Assembly: GCA_963654645.1 (NCBI GenBank)
Contig: CAVKCU010000324.1
Location: 1 to 33,741, forward strand
Direction: 5' to 3'
Length of the DNA stretch: 33,741 nt
Source: Clostridiales bacterium
Lineage (GTDB): Bacteria > Bacillota > Clostridia > Oscillospirales > Ruminococcaceae
This document shows positions 25,891 to 33,741 of this stretch, piece after piece. How positions within the stretch are numbered: the first letter of the stretch is position 1; every line of letters starts with the position of its first letter. The notes under the pieces were generated by a model. That model saw only the letters and a program-made list of their open reading frames with translations. It made no database searches and was not told the origin of the DNA. The translations under genes were made by a program, and so were the position numbers.

Positions 25891-26466
25891 TCAGGCCGCC
25901 ACGGCAAGGCGGAAGATCGGCGTGCCGCTGTGGAACAGGCGCAGATACACTTTGGTGCACTTGTTCAATTGGGCAAACAGGCGCTCGGCGGCATCGCGGT
26001 CGCCGTAGGCCTTCCAGCAGCCGCAGCAGGTGAAGTTGCGGCCCTGATTTTCGATGAAGCCCACCACATCGGTGAGCGGATAGCCCAGAAATACGCCGAT
26101 CTCATGGGGAAACTCTGCTTCGCAGCACAACCGCCGCGCCATCTGCCGCAGCAGCGGTTCGCAGTCGCCATCTTCCGAGAGGGTATATCCCTCCTGTGCC
26201 AGAAACGCACGGACATTTTCGTCCGTCAGCACTTCGCGTAGACGGCTCTCGCGGTACACATAGACCAGATACCAGTGGCTGCGGACGCAGCCCTTCAGCA
26301 CCCGGACCCGGAGGCCCTTCTCACCCAGCCGCACATTCCAGCCGCGCACCCGCTCCGCGAGGTCTTTGCAGTCGCTCGTCTCGTAGCGAAACAGACCGGC
26401 GGCTTTCAGCCCGGCCAACACAGGCGAGCATTGTTCGATCATTACCGTCTCAAAATTACGCTCCAT
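25891..26466 (-). CDS. DUF3793 family protein
   Basis: CSPVLAGLK, FPHEIGVFLGYP..DV.GFI, WKAY; start MERNF behind GGAGG. Confidence 0.88.
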   Translation of the reverse strand: MERNFETVMIEQCSPVLAGLKAAGLFRYETSDCKDLAERVRGWNVRLGEKGLRVRVLKGCVRSHWYLVYVYRESRLREVLTDENVRAFLAQEGYTLSEDGDCEPLLRQMARRLCCEAEFPHEIGVFLGYPLTDVVGFIENQGRNFTCCGCWKAYGDRDAAERLFAQLNKCTKVYLRLFHSGTPIFRLAVAA

Positions 26467-26545
26467 GGCCGGTTTCCTCCGTTGCTTTGCTTTCCGATAG
26501 GGTGCCCGCATCGGGTCTTTCTATGCAGACGATGCAGAGTTTCAC

Positions 26546-26670
26546 GGTTAGAATATTCTAACCAAAAATTCAAAAAGAACGCGGCTCGTCATTCTGCCGC
26601 TTCGTTCCGTGTTTTGGTTAGTCATTTCTAACGTGGCATTATCTTACCACAGCTTCGGGGGTGGTGTCAA
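26546..26670 (-). promoter_or_regulatory. DUF3793 promoter with two GTTAG-N6-CTAAC operators
   Basis: TTGACA-18-TAAGAT (26641-26670) with a TG extension; ggttagaatattctaacc (26546-63, perfect palindrome) and gttagtcatttctaac (26617-32). Confidence 0.7.
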
Positions 26671-26682
26671 GGGGAAATATTC

Positions 26683-26717
26683 ATTTCGTTGAAAAGCGTC
26701 AAATTTCATGTTATAGT
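26683..26717 (+). repeat. 35-bp direct repeat containing a sigma-A promoter, copy 1
   Basis: atttcgTTGAAAagcgtcaaatttcatgtTATAGT, identical to 27403-27437. Confidence 0.92.
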
Positions 26718-26722
26718 ATAGC

Positions 26723-26807
26723 AAAACCGCCACCTCGGCCAAGGTGACGGTTTTCAGAAACCCAATTCCTTAAAAGAGGTCAACCGCTTGTCGTAGCGCC
26801 TTTTTCT
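26723..26807 (-). ncRNA. Putative orphan antitoxin-like sRNA (~85 nt, ends approximate)
   Basis: TTGACA-17-TATTCT promoter (26814-26842) and leader like the other two antitoxins; terminator at 26723-26754; no toxin ORF opposite. Confidence 0.6.
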
Positions 26808-26867
26808 GTTTGTAGAATAGTCAATTTTTCGTCTTTTGTCAAGGACCGAACCCGTAAGGAGGCACCG

Positions 26868-27389
26868 ATGTATTTTACACCGTTCGAAACTGCCCGGCTT
26901 CGTCTTCGCCCGCAGGAAGCAAAAGACGCCGGATTTGCTCTTTGTATGTGGGGCGACCCCATCACTGGAAAATATCTGACAGACCCTGCCCTCGACGATA
27001 TCGACGACCTGAATAAATATATGGAGATGCTGCGGCGTCTGAGTGACAGCACCGGTTGCTACTATTTTATTGCCGAAGACAAAAGTACTCACCAGCCAAT
27101 CGGCACTTGCTGCGCCGTCATCAAGGACAACGGCCACTGCTGGGATATCGGCTATTGCATCCATCCGACCTGTTGGCGGAAAGGGTACGCAAAGGAAATG
27201 GTTGGTGCCGTCCTTGAATTCGGCGCTCGCAACGGGGTCAAAACCTTCTTGGCCGATGTTGCCGCCGTCAACGAAGGCTCCCGCGGTGTTATGCGCTCAC
27301 TTGGGTTCACTCCCACTGAAAATGGCACATTCCGCCGCAGTGGAATCAAAACCGAATATAAAAATCTGACCTTCAAAAAAGTGCTGTAA
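26868..27389 (+). CDS. GNAT N-acetyltransferase, RimJ/RimL type
   Basis: ETARLRLRP, DIGYCIHPTCWRKGYAKE, N.GSRGVMRSLGF; RBS AAGGAGG. Confidence 0.92.
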   Translation: MYFTPFETARLRLRPQEAKDAGFALCMWGDPITGKYLTDPALDDIDDLNKYMEMLRRLSDSTGCYYFIAEDKSTHQPIGTCCAVIKDNGHCWDIGYCIHPTCWRKGYAKEMVGAVLEFGARNGVKTFLADVAAVNEGSRGVMRSLGFTPTENGTFRRSGIKTEYKNLTFKKVL

Positions 27390-27402
27390 ATCGCTTTTTC
27401 AA

Positions 27403-27437
27403 ATTTCGTTGAAAAGCGTCAAATTTCATGTTATAGT
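27403..27437 (+). repeat. 35-bp direct repeat copy 2, the promoter of toxin 2 mRNA
   Basis: Identical to 26683-26717; TTGAAA-17-TATAGT with a TG extension. Confidence 0.92.
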
Positions 27438-27584
27438 GTAGTTATCCACCCGAAATGGTGGTGCGCTGTCTGCATTGCAGGGTGGTCGGGCTTCTTTCCG
27501 GCATCGAATCCGGAGGAGGTCTGCTTTTTATCTCCTCCGGAGCGTTCGAATATCAACTCGTCGAATCAAACGGAGGAGTCCAGC

Positions 27585-27728
27585 ATGGATGTTTTGAATA
27601 CTGTTGTGAACATACTGCATTTACTTGCAGAAGTTGTCATCGGCGTGCTCCAAGTAACGTGGATGATCTCAAAGGATGTCTTTCGGGACAAGCCAAAAGC
27701 AAAACATTATTCTCGCAATAAAAAGTAA
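27585..27728 (+). CDS. Putative type I toxin peptide, 47 aa (not in the ORF track)
   Basis: MDVLNTVVNILHLLAEVVIGVLQVTWMISKDVFRDKPKAKHYSRNKK; RBS GGAGGAG; hydrophobic N-terminus and Lys-rich tail. Confidence 0.78.
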   Translation: MDVLNTVVNILHLLAEVVIGVLQVTWMISKDVFRDKPKAKHYSRNKK

Positions 27729-27820
27729 CGACCGCCTTCCAGTTTCCCCAAACCGAGCGGTCGTTACTTTCATCGATTGCCGGATAAGGAGCTGACCACA
27801 TTGCAGACAGCGCCTTTTCT
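27720..27820 (-). ncRNA. Putative type I antitoxin RNA 2 (~100 nt, ends approximate)
   Basis: Promoter TTGACA-17-TATACT (27827-27855); terminator aaagtaacgaccgc...gcggtcgttacttt (27722-27770) overlaps the toxin stop. Confidence 0.7.
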
Positions 27821-27876
27821 GTTTGTAGTATAGTCAATTTTTCGCCTTTTGTCAAGAACCATCACAAGGAGAAGCC

Positions 27877-28467
27877 ATGTCTTCCATTGATTTTTCCACG
27901 CTCACCCAAAAAATCGCCGCGCTGCTGGCGGCGCACCCGGAACAGCCCGTTCTCATCGCTCTGGACGGCCGCTGCGGCAGCGGTAAGACCACACTGGCCG
28001 GGCAGCTGGCGGAGCAGTTCCCGGCAAGCATCGTCTTCCACACCGACGACTACTATCTGCCGCCCGCCCAGCGCATCCCGGATTGGGAAAAGACTCCCTG
28101 CGCCAACATGGACCTTGCCCGGCTGCGGGAGGAGCTGCTCCGCCCCGCCCGCGCCGGGGAGCCGGTCTTCTACCGCGCCTACTCCTGCCGGGAGGGCGCT
28201 TATCGCCCCGGACAGTGCATTCCGGCCCAGCCGCTTTCTATCGTAGAGGGCAGCTACAGCCACCATCCCCTCCTCGCCGGCTGCTATGACCTCAAGGTAT
28301 TCGTCACCTGCTCGCCCGCCGAGCAGACCCGCCGCCTCCAAGCGCGGGAGGGCGAGCGCTACCCCGGCTTCGCCGCACGGTGGGTCCCGCTGGAAGAGAG
28401 GTATTTTAAGGAATACAGCATCGAAGAAAAAGCGGATCTGGTGCTCGATACGACCGGGCATTGTTAA
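27877..28467 (+). CDS. Uridine-kinase-like P-loop kinase
   Basis: IALDGRCGSGKTTLA, HTDDYY, IVEGSY; RBS AAGGAG. Confidence 0.85.
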   Translation: MSSIDFSTLTQKIAALLAAHPEQPVLIALDGRCGSGKTTLAGQLAEQFPASIVFHTDDYYLPPAQRIPDWEKTPCANMDLARLREELLRPARAGEPVFYRAYSCREGAYRPGQCIPAQPLSIVEGSYSHHPLLAGCYDLKVFVTCSPAEQTRRLQAREGERYPGFAARWVPLEERYFKEYSIEEKADLVLDTTGHC

Positions 28468-28565
28468 GTTTTTGCAAATTTGTTCCCTGCTCCCCTGCAA
28501 CCCGTGTCAATTTATGGTATAGTTAAATTGGAATAAAATTGACATCCAAGGCAAGGAGAGCAGCT

Positions 28566-29270
28566 ATGGAGCACTTCGTTGAGTTTGAAAATGTTTCCAA
28601 ATACTATCAGACTGGATCGGTCCGCATCGCGGCAGCCGACCACCTGAATTTTTACGTAGACAAGGGCGAGTTCTGCATCATCGTCGGCCCGTCCGGCGCG
28701 GGCAAAACCACCCTGCTGAACATTTTAGGCGGCATGGACACCTGCGACGAGGGCCATGTCTGGCTGGACGGGCAGGACGTGAGCCACTTTACCGAGCGGG
28801 AGCTGACCACTTACCGCCGGTACGATGTGGGCTTCGTGTTCCAGTTCTATAACCTCGTGCAGAACCTGACCGCGCTGGAAAACGTGGAGCTGGCCAGCGA
28901 GATCTGCCGCGACCCGCTGGATCCTGCCGCCACGCTGGAAAGCGTGGGCCTCGGCGAACGGCTGAACAACTTCCCGGCCCAGCTCTCCGGCGGTGAGCAG
29001 CAGCGCGTCTCCATTGCACGCGCCCTCGCAAAAAATCCGAAGCTTCTGCTCTGCGACGAGCCCACCGGCGCGCTGGACTATAAGACCGGCAAGCAGGTGC
29101 TGGCCCTGCTCCAGCGCACCTGCCGCGAGACGGGCCGCACCGTCATCGTCATCACCCACAACACGGCCCTGACCGCCATGGCCGACCGGGTCATTCAGGT
29201 CAAGAGCGGACAGATCTTGTCCAATAAGGTCAACGAACACCCCGTGCCCGTGGAACAAATCGAGTGGTGA
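28566..29270 (+). CDS. ABC transporter ATP-binding protein (LolD/MacB type)
   Basis: [34 protein letters not shown]; start MEHF behind AAGGAG. Confidence 0.95.
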   Translation: MEHFVEFENVSKYYQTGSVRIAAADHLNFYVDKGEFCIIVGPSGAGKTTLLNILGGMDTCDEGHVWLDGQDVSHFTERELTTYRRYDVGFVFQFYNLVQNLTALENVELASEICRDPLDPAATLESVGLGERLNNFPAQLSGGEQQRVSIARALAKNPKLLLCDEPTGALDYKTGKQVLALLQRTCRETGRTVIVITHNTALTAMADRVIQVKSGQILSNKVNEHPVPVEQIEW

Positions 29271-29275
29271 GCGCC

Positions 29276-32200
29276 ATGCAGAAAAGTTATCGCAAAAACA
29301 TCCTGCGGGATTTCAAAGGCAATCTGAGCCGCTTTCTCTCCCTGTTCGGCATCGTGGCGCTGGGCGTCATGATCCTGACGGGTCTGGTCAGCTTTGCACC
29401 CAGTATGCGGATCGCGGGGCAGAAATATTACGTGGAGCAGAATGTTTTCGACCTCCGCATCCTTTCCACCCTCGGCCTGTCGGAGGACGACATCGCTGCC
29501 ATTTCGGCCACCGGCGGCGTCACCGCCGTGGAGGCGGTAACGTATCTGGACGTGGAGGGGCACTGGTCCGGCACCGATGAGCCCGCCGTGCTGCGGGTAC
29601 AGCAGCTCCCCGCTGACCCCGATGCCGACACCGCCGAAAACATGAACCGCTTGGTCTTACAGGCCGGCCGGATGCCCGAAGCTGCCGACGAGTGCGTCGT
29701 GCACGTAATGGGCCACGGCGAAGAAGTGCCCCTCGGCACCACGCTGACCCTGCCGGACGATACCGACGGCCTGACCCGCACGACTTACACCGTAGTCGGG
29801 CAGGTGCAGGACCCGCAGTATTTCTCCGCCAACCAAGAGACCTCCACCGCCGGGGACGGCGTGCTGGATGCCCTCGTCTTTGTGCCGGACAGAAGTCTGG
29901 ATCTGGATTATTACACAGCCTGTTATGTCAAGGCCAAAAATGCCGATCAGTATGACAACTATTCCGACGAGTATCAGGCTGCCGTGGACGCCGTGGCCGA
30001 CCGGCTGACCTCCATCAGCGACGCCCAATGCGTCGCCCGCCGGGAAGCCCTGATCCATGACGCCAACGCCAAGCTGGCCGACGCCAAGCAGACTTACAGC
30101 CAGCAAAAAGCCGAGGCCGAACGCCAGTTCGCCGAGGCGGAGCAAAAATTGGCCGACGCCGAAGCGCAGCTTGTCTCCGCCAAGGCTCAGCTGGAACAGG
30201 GCGAAGCGGAGTACACCTCCGGTAAGGAACAGCTTGCCCAGCAGCAAGCCGCCCTGCCCGACACGATGCAGAGCGGCGCGGACGAGGTGCTGAGCGGCGA
30301 AGAGCAGGTCTTGGAATTCGAGGACCAGCTCCAGCAGATCGAGCTGCTGGTCAACCTGAAACAGGTAGCCGACCCGCTGCTGGGCTATGCTGAGACGGCC
30401 CTGAACAACGCCCAAAAGGCACTGGACGAAGCCGAACCCGCCGACGAGGAGTACACCGAACTGCGGGACGCCCTCGCCAAGGCACAGGCTGCCTACGACA
30501 ACATTTCAGGTCAGCTCAACGGCTATCAGCAGCAGCTCGACGCCGGAAAGCAGCAGATGTATGCGCAGGGGCTCATCTCCTCGCCGAGCCTGTCCAACAC
30601 CGAACTGGTCACCGAGGCGAAAGCCGCCCTGCGGAAGATGAAGCTTCAGCTCCTGCAGGGGCAGCTCCAGCTTTCCACCGGAACGGCCGCAGCGACCTCC
30701 GCCTTTGCGGCGGCGCAGCAGCAGCTTGCCGATGCCCGCACCCATCTGGATGACGGCTGGGCCGAATACGATTCCGGTAAAGAGCAGTTGGAGGCTTCCC
30801 GCACCGAATACGAGACCCAGAAGGCCGAAGCCCAGCAAAAGCTCGCCGACGGCCAGAAGCAGATCGACGATGCCGAGGAGCAGATCAGCGACATCCAGAG
30901 CGGCACATGGTATGTGCTCGACCGGGGCAGCACCATGAGCTTTGCCAGCTTCGAGCAGTACGCCGACCGGATGGACGCCATCGCGCGGGTCTTCCCGGTG
31001 TTCTTCTTTCTTGTGGCGGCGCTGGTGGCTTCCACCACCATGACCCGCATGGTGGACGAGAACCGGCTGCAGATGGGCACCCTCAAGGCTCTGGGCTACT
31101 CCAACGCCATGATTGCGGGCAAATATCTGCTCTACGGCCTTGCAGCCAGCGTTTCGGGCAGCATCCTCGGCATGGTGGTGGGCTTCATCGTCTTCCCCAC
31201 GATCATCTGGCAAGCTTACCAGACCATGATGTTCCAGATACCCACCTTTTCGCTCCAATTCTACCCCGGCATGGCGGCGGGCAGCGTGCTGCTCAGTGCT
31301 GCGGTCATCGGCATCGCCACATGGGAGTCGTGCCGCGCCAGCCTGAAAGAAAAGACCGCCGCCCTCCTGCTGCCCCGCGCCCCCGTGGCGGGCAAGCGGA
31401 TCTTCCTTGAGTACATCACTCCGCTGTGGAAGCACATGAGCTTCTCCCAGAAGACGACCGCCCGCAACCTGTTCCGGTACAAAAAACGCTTCTTCATGAC
31501 GGTGCTGGGCGTAGCGGGCTGCACAGCCCTGCTCCTCATCGGCTTCGGCATTCAGGACTCCATCCTGCCCATGCTGACCAAGCAGACCACCGAGCTGAAC
31601 CACAGCGACCTGACCATCTCGCTCAGCGACGAAAAGGCCTTCACTGTGGAAAACGGCGTGATCGACGTGCTGGACGCCAGCGCCGATGTCACCAGCTTCG
31701 GCCGCTTTTACACCAAGAGCGTCACCCTCTACAACGCCGACGGCGACCAGCAGACCATCAGCCTCGTTGCCGCCGAGGATGAGAGCCAGATGACCGATTA
31801 CTTCACCTTCCGCACCCGGCAGGGGCACAAGGCCATCTCCTTTGATGACAGCAGCGTCATCCTGACGGAGAAGACCGCCGAGCTCCTCGGCCTTGCGGTG
31901 GGCGATCCCTTCGAAGTGGAGCTGAGCGACGGCAGCCGCCAGACCCTGACGCTGACCGGCATCACCGAGAACTACGTCTTCACCCGGCTTTACCTCTCCC
32001 AGACCCAGCTCAAGCGCCTGACCGGCGGCACCCTGCCCGCGTGGAACACCCTCTACGCCCAGACGAGCTGCCCCGACACCGACGCCCGCAACGCCTTGCG
32101 CACCGACCTGCTGGCGTGCAACTACGTCGGCAGCGTCAGCTTCATGGAGGATACGACCGAAATGTTCGACAACCTCATCGGCTGCCTGAACTACGTGGTC

Positions 32201-32587
32201 ATTCTGGTCATCGTCTGCGCCGCCGCGCTGGCGGCTGTGGTGCTCTACAACCTCATCAGCGTCAACCTCGGCGAACGCAAAAAGGAGCTGGCCACCATCA
32301 AGGTGCTGGGCTTCTACGACAAAGAGGTCTACCGCTACATCTTCCGCGAGATCGACCTGCTGGCTCTCATCGGCTCCCTCGTGGGCCTTGCGCTGGGCGT
32401 GCCGCTGCACCAGTTCATCATCCGCACCGTCGAGATGGACCAGATGATGTTCATCCGCGCTGCGGCCCCCCGCAGCTACCTTTTCAGCGTTGCCCTCACC
32501 CTCTTCTTCACCGTCGTCGTCTGCCGCCTCATGCGCCGCCACATCAAGAAGATCAGTATGGTGGAAAGCATGAAGGCACCGGAATAA
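29276..32587 (+). CDS. FtsX-like ABC permease with a long coiled-coil insert
   Basis: Two FtsX domains (MGTLKALGYS; ERKKELATIKVLGF) and a central Q/E/A-rich coil; start could instead be GTG 29267. Confidence 0.92.
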   Translation: MQKSYRKNILRDFKGNLSRFLSLFGIVALGVMILTGLVSFAPSMRIAGQKYYVEQNVFDLRILSTLGLSEDDIAAISATGGVTAVEAVTYLDVEGHWSGTDEPAVLRVQQLPADPDADTAENMNRLVLQAGRMPEAADECVVHVMGHGEEVPLGTTLTLPDDTDGLTRTTYTVVGQVQDPQYFSANQETSTAGDGVLDALVFVPDRSLDLDYYTACYVKAKNADQYDNYSDEYQAAVDAVADRLTSISDAQCVARREALIHDANAKLADAKQTYSQQKAEAERQFAEAEQKLADAEAQLVSAKAQLEQGEAEYTSGKEQLAQQQAALPDTMQSGADEVLSGEEQVLEFEDQLQQIELLVNLKQVADPLLGYAETALNNAQKALDEAEPADEEYTELRDALAKAQAAYDNISGQLNGYQQQLDAGKQQMYAQGLISSPSLSNTELVTEAKAALRKMKLQLLQGQLQLSTGTAAATSAFAAAQQQLADARTHLDDGWAEYDSGKEQLEASRTEYETQKAEAQQKLADGQKQIDDAEEQISDIQSGTWYVLDRGSTMSFASFEQYADRMDAIARVFPVFFFLVAALVASTTMTRMVDENRLQMGTLKALGYSNAMIAGKYLLYGLAASVSGSILGMVVGFIVFPTIIWQAYQTMMFQIPTFSLQFYPGMAAGSVLLSAAVIGIATWESCRASLKEKTAALLLPRAPVAGKRIFLEYITPLWKHMSFSQKTTARNLFRYKKRFFMTVLGVAGCTALLLIGFGIQDSILPMLTKQTTELNHSDLTISLSDEKAFTVENGVIDVLDASADVTSFGRFYTKSVTLYNADGDQQTISLVAAEDESQMTDYFTFRTRQGHKAISFDDSSVILTEKTAELLGLAVGDPFEVELSDGSRQTLTLTGITENYVFTRLYLSQTQLKRLTGGTLPAWNTLYAQTSCPDTDARNALRTDLLACNYVGSVSFMEDTTEMFDNLIGCLNYVVILVIVCAAALAAVVLYNLISVNLGERKKELATIKVLGFYDKEVYRYIFREIDLLALIGSLVGLALGVPLHQFIIRTVEMDQMMFIRAAAPRSYLFSVALTLFFTVVVCRLMRRHIKKISMVESMKAPE

Positions 32588-32596
32588 TAAACAAAA

Positions 32597-32747
32597 AAGG
32601 CTGTTGCCAACTCCTTCCGTCATCGCTTACGCGATGCCACCTCCCTCAATGAGGGAGGCTTTCACAGCGAATCGTTACGCCAAGGCTCCCTCCGAGAGGG
32701 AGCTGGCACGGCGAAGCCGTGAATGAGGGAGTATAGGCAACAGCCTT
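32597..32747. repeat. Inverted REP-like pair nested within a 12-bp inverted repeat between convergent genes
   Basis: Outer aaggctgttgcc/ggcaacagcctt; inner ccacctccctcaatgagggagg and ggctccctccgagagggagctg. Confidence 0.88.
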
Positions 32748-32754
32748 GTTCTTT

Positions 32755-33501
32755 TTAATTCTGTGCCAACACCGGCAGGGCGGTGATCTCGTCCTGCAGC
32801 TCCATGGCCTGAATCTTCGTCAGCTTTTTGGCGGAGACCATCCGATCCAGCACCACCTGCGACCGCTTGAGGGCCAGCGCGGGGCTGGAATTGGGCGAGT
32901 AGGCCGATGGCGCATTGGGCAGCCCCGCCAGCAGCACACACTCGGCACTGGTCAGCTCGGCGGGCGTTTTGCCGAAGTAGCCTTGCGCCGCCTCGGCGAT
33001 GCCGTAATAGCCGCTGCCGAAATAGATCGTGTTGACGTACATCTCGAAGATCTGCTGCTTCCCGTAGTGTTTCTCGATGTCCACCGCCGCGAACAACTCT
33101 GCCGCCTTGCGGGCAAAATGCTTTTCCTGCGTGAAGTAGACATTTTTGGCGAGCTGCTGGGTCAGCGTGCTGCCGCCCTCGGCCAGCGATTTGGTTTTCA
33201 GGTCGGTCCAGAGCGCCCGGACGATGGCCAGCGGGTCCACGCCGTGATGGCGCTCGAAGCGGCTGTCCTCCACCGCGATCACGGCATCGATGTAGGTCTG
33301 CGGGATGGCATCACAGGTGGTGAAGGAGGGGCGGGCGGAGATGGTCTCATACAACTGCGCGGCCGGCAGGTCCTGCTGGGTGGTACGGTACAGCCGCCAG
33401 CCCTGCAGCCCCAGCACGCCCCCCACGGCAGCCAGCGCCGCCAGCAGCAGCACCAGCAGCCAACACAGCAGCCGTTTGAAAAAGTTTCCCAGTGTCCGCA
33501 T
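32755..33501 (-). CDS. Monofunctional peptidoglycan transglycosylase (GT51)
   Basis: N-terminal TM anchor; EDSRFERHHGVD, GGSTLTQQLAKN, RKAAE, YVNTIYFG, LAGLPNAP. Confidence 0.93.
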   Translation of the reverse strand: MRTLGNFFKRLLCWLLVLLLAALAAVGGVLGLQGWRLYRTTQQDLPAAQLYETISARPSFTTCDAIPQTYIDAVIAVEDSRFERHHGVDPLAIVRALWTDLKTKSLAEGGSTLTQQLAKNVYFTQEKHFARKAAELFAAVDIEKHYGKQQIFEMYVNTIYFGSGYYGIAEAAQGYFGKTPAELTSAECVLLAGLPNAPSAYSPNSSPALALKRSQVVLDRMVSAKKLTKIQAMELQDEITALPVLAQN

Positions 33502-33534
33502 GGCATACGCCCCTTTCGCATTCTGAATGCTCTT

Positions 33535-33563
33535 ATCCTACCCGATTTCACCCCGATTTTCAA
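33535..33563 (-). promoter_or_regulatory. Sigma-A promoter of the transglycosylase gene
   Basis: TTGAAA-17-TAGGAT. Confidence 0.6.
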
Positions 33564-33686
33564 GCAGATTTTATGAACTTTATGCCTTTACGTCCCGGCG
33601 GCGCAGCAGAAACATCAGCAACCGGACTGGCGGCAGACCGGGCAGGTGAGCAAAGGCCTTGCCGCACAGCAGATACAGGCCGAATC

Positions 33687-33727
33687 AAAAAGACCCCGCA
33701 GCGTATGATTTGACGCCGCGGGGTTTC
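33687..33727 (-). terminator. Intrinsic terminator of an upstream minus-strand gene
   Basis: accccgcagcgt...acgccgcggggt stem; A run on the plus strand gives a U tail on the minus strand. Confidence 0.7.
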
Positions 33728-33741
33728 TCAATTGTTCGGTT

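Noticed and set aside
30040..30900. Long coiled-coil in the permease as a phage tape-measure or novel fusion
   Set aside because: Such inserts are common in Bacillota FtsX-like permeases, and it is in frame between normal FtsX domains.

Overview
GC-rich Bacillota chromosome segment. Gene content and repeat style suggest Faecalibacterium/Oscillospiraceae (inferred, not verified). The main signal is a ~9.9-kb, nine-gene minus-strand cluster (99..9984) encoding only podovirus-like DNA packaging and virion proteins: short TerS, TerL, portal, a Prp cysteine protease fused to a scaffold, N4-gp56-type major capsid, adaptor, nozzle-like protein and ejection-like protein. Both borders are in the window and abut ordinary host genes and terminators. 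There is no integrase, repressor, replication or lysis gene, and chromosomal REP-like palindromes sit between its genes. It is a good candidate for a domesticated gene-transfer-agent (GTA)-like system. The rest is host DNA: M16C peptidase, MFS transporter, Zn-PLC-like protein, murC, DegV, a CydDC-like ABC pair with a degenerate DtxR-like regulator, feoAAB plus a Cys-rich peptide, DUF3793, GNAT, a kinase, an ABC/FtsX pair and a GT51 transglycosylase. This part also holds two type I toxin-antitoxin-like cassettes absent from the ORF track, one orphan antitoxin-like RNA, and candidate operator palindromes around the iron genes.
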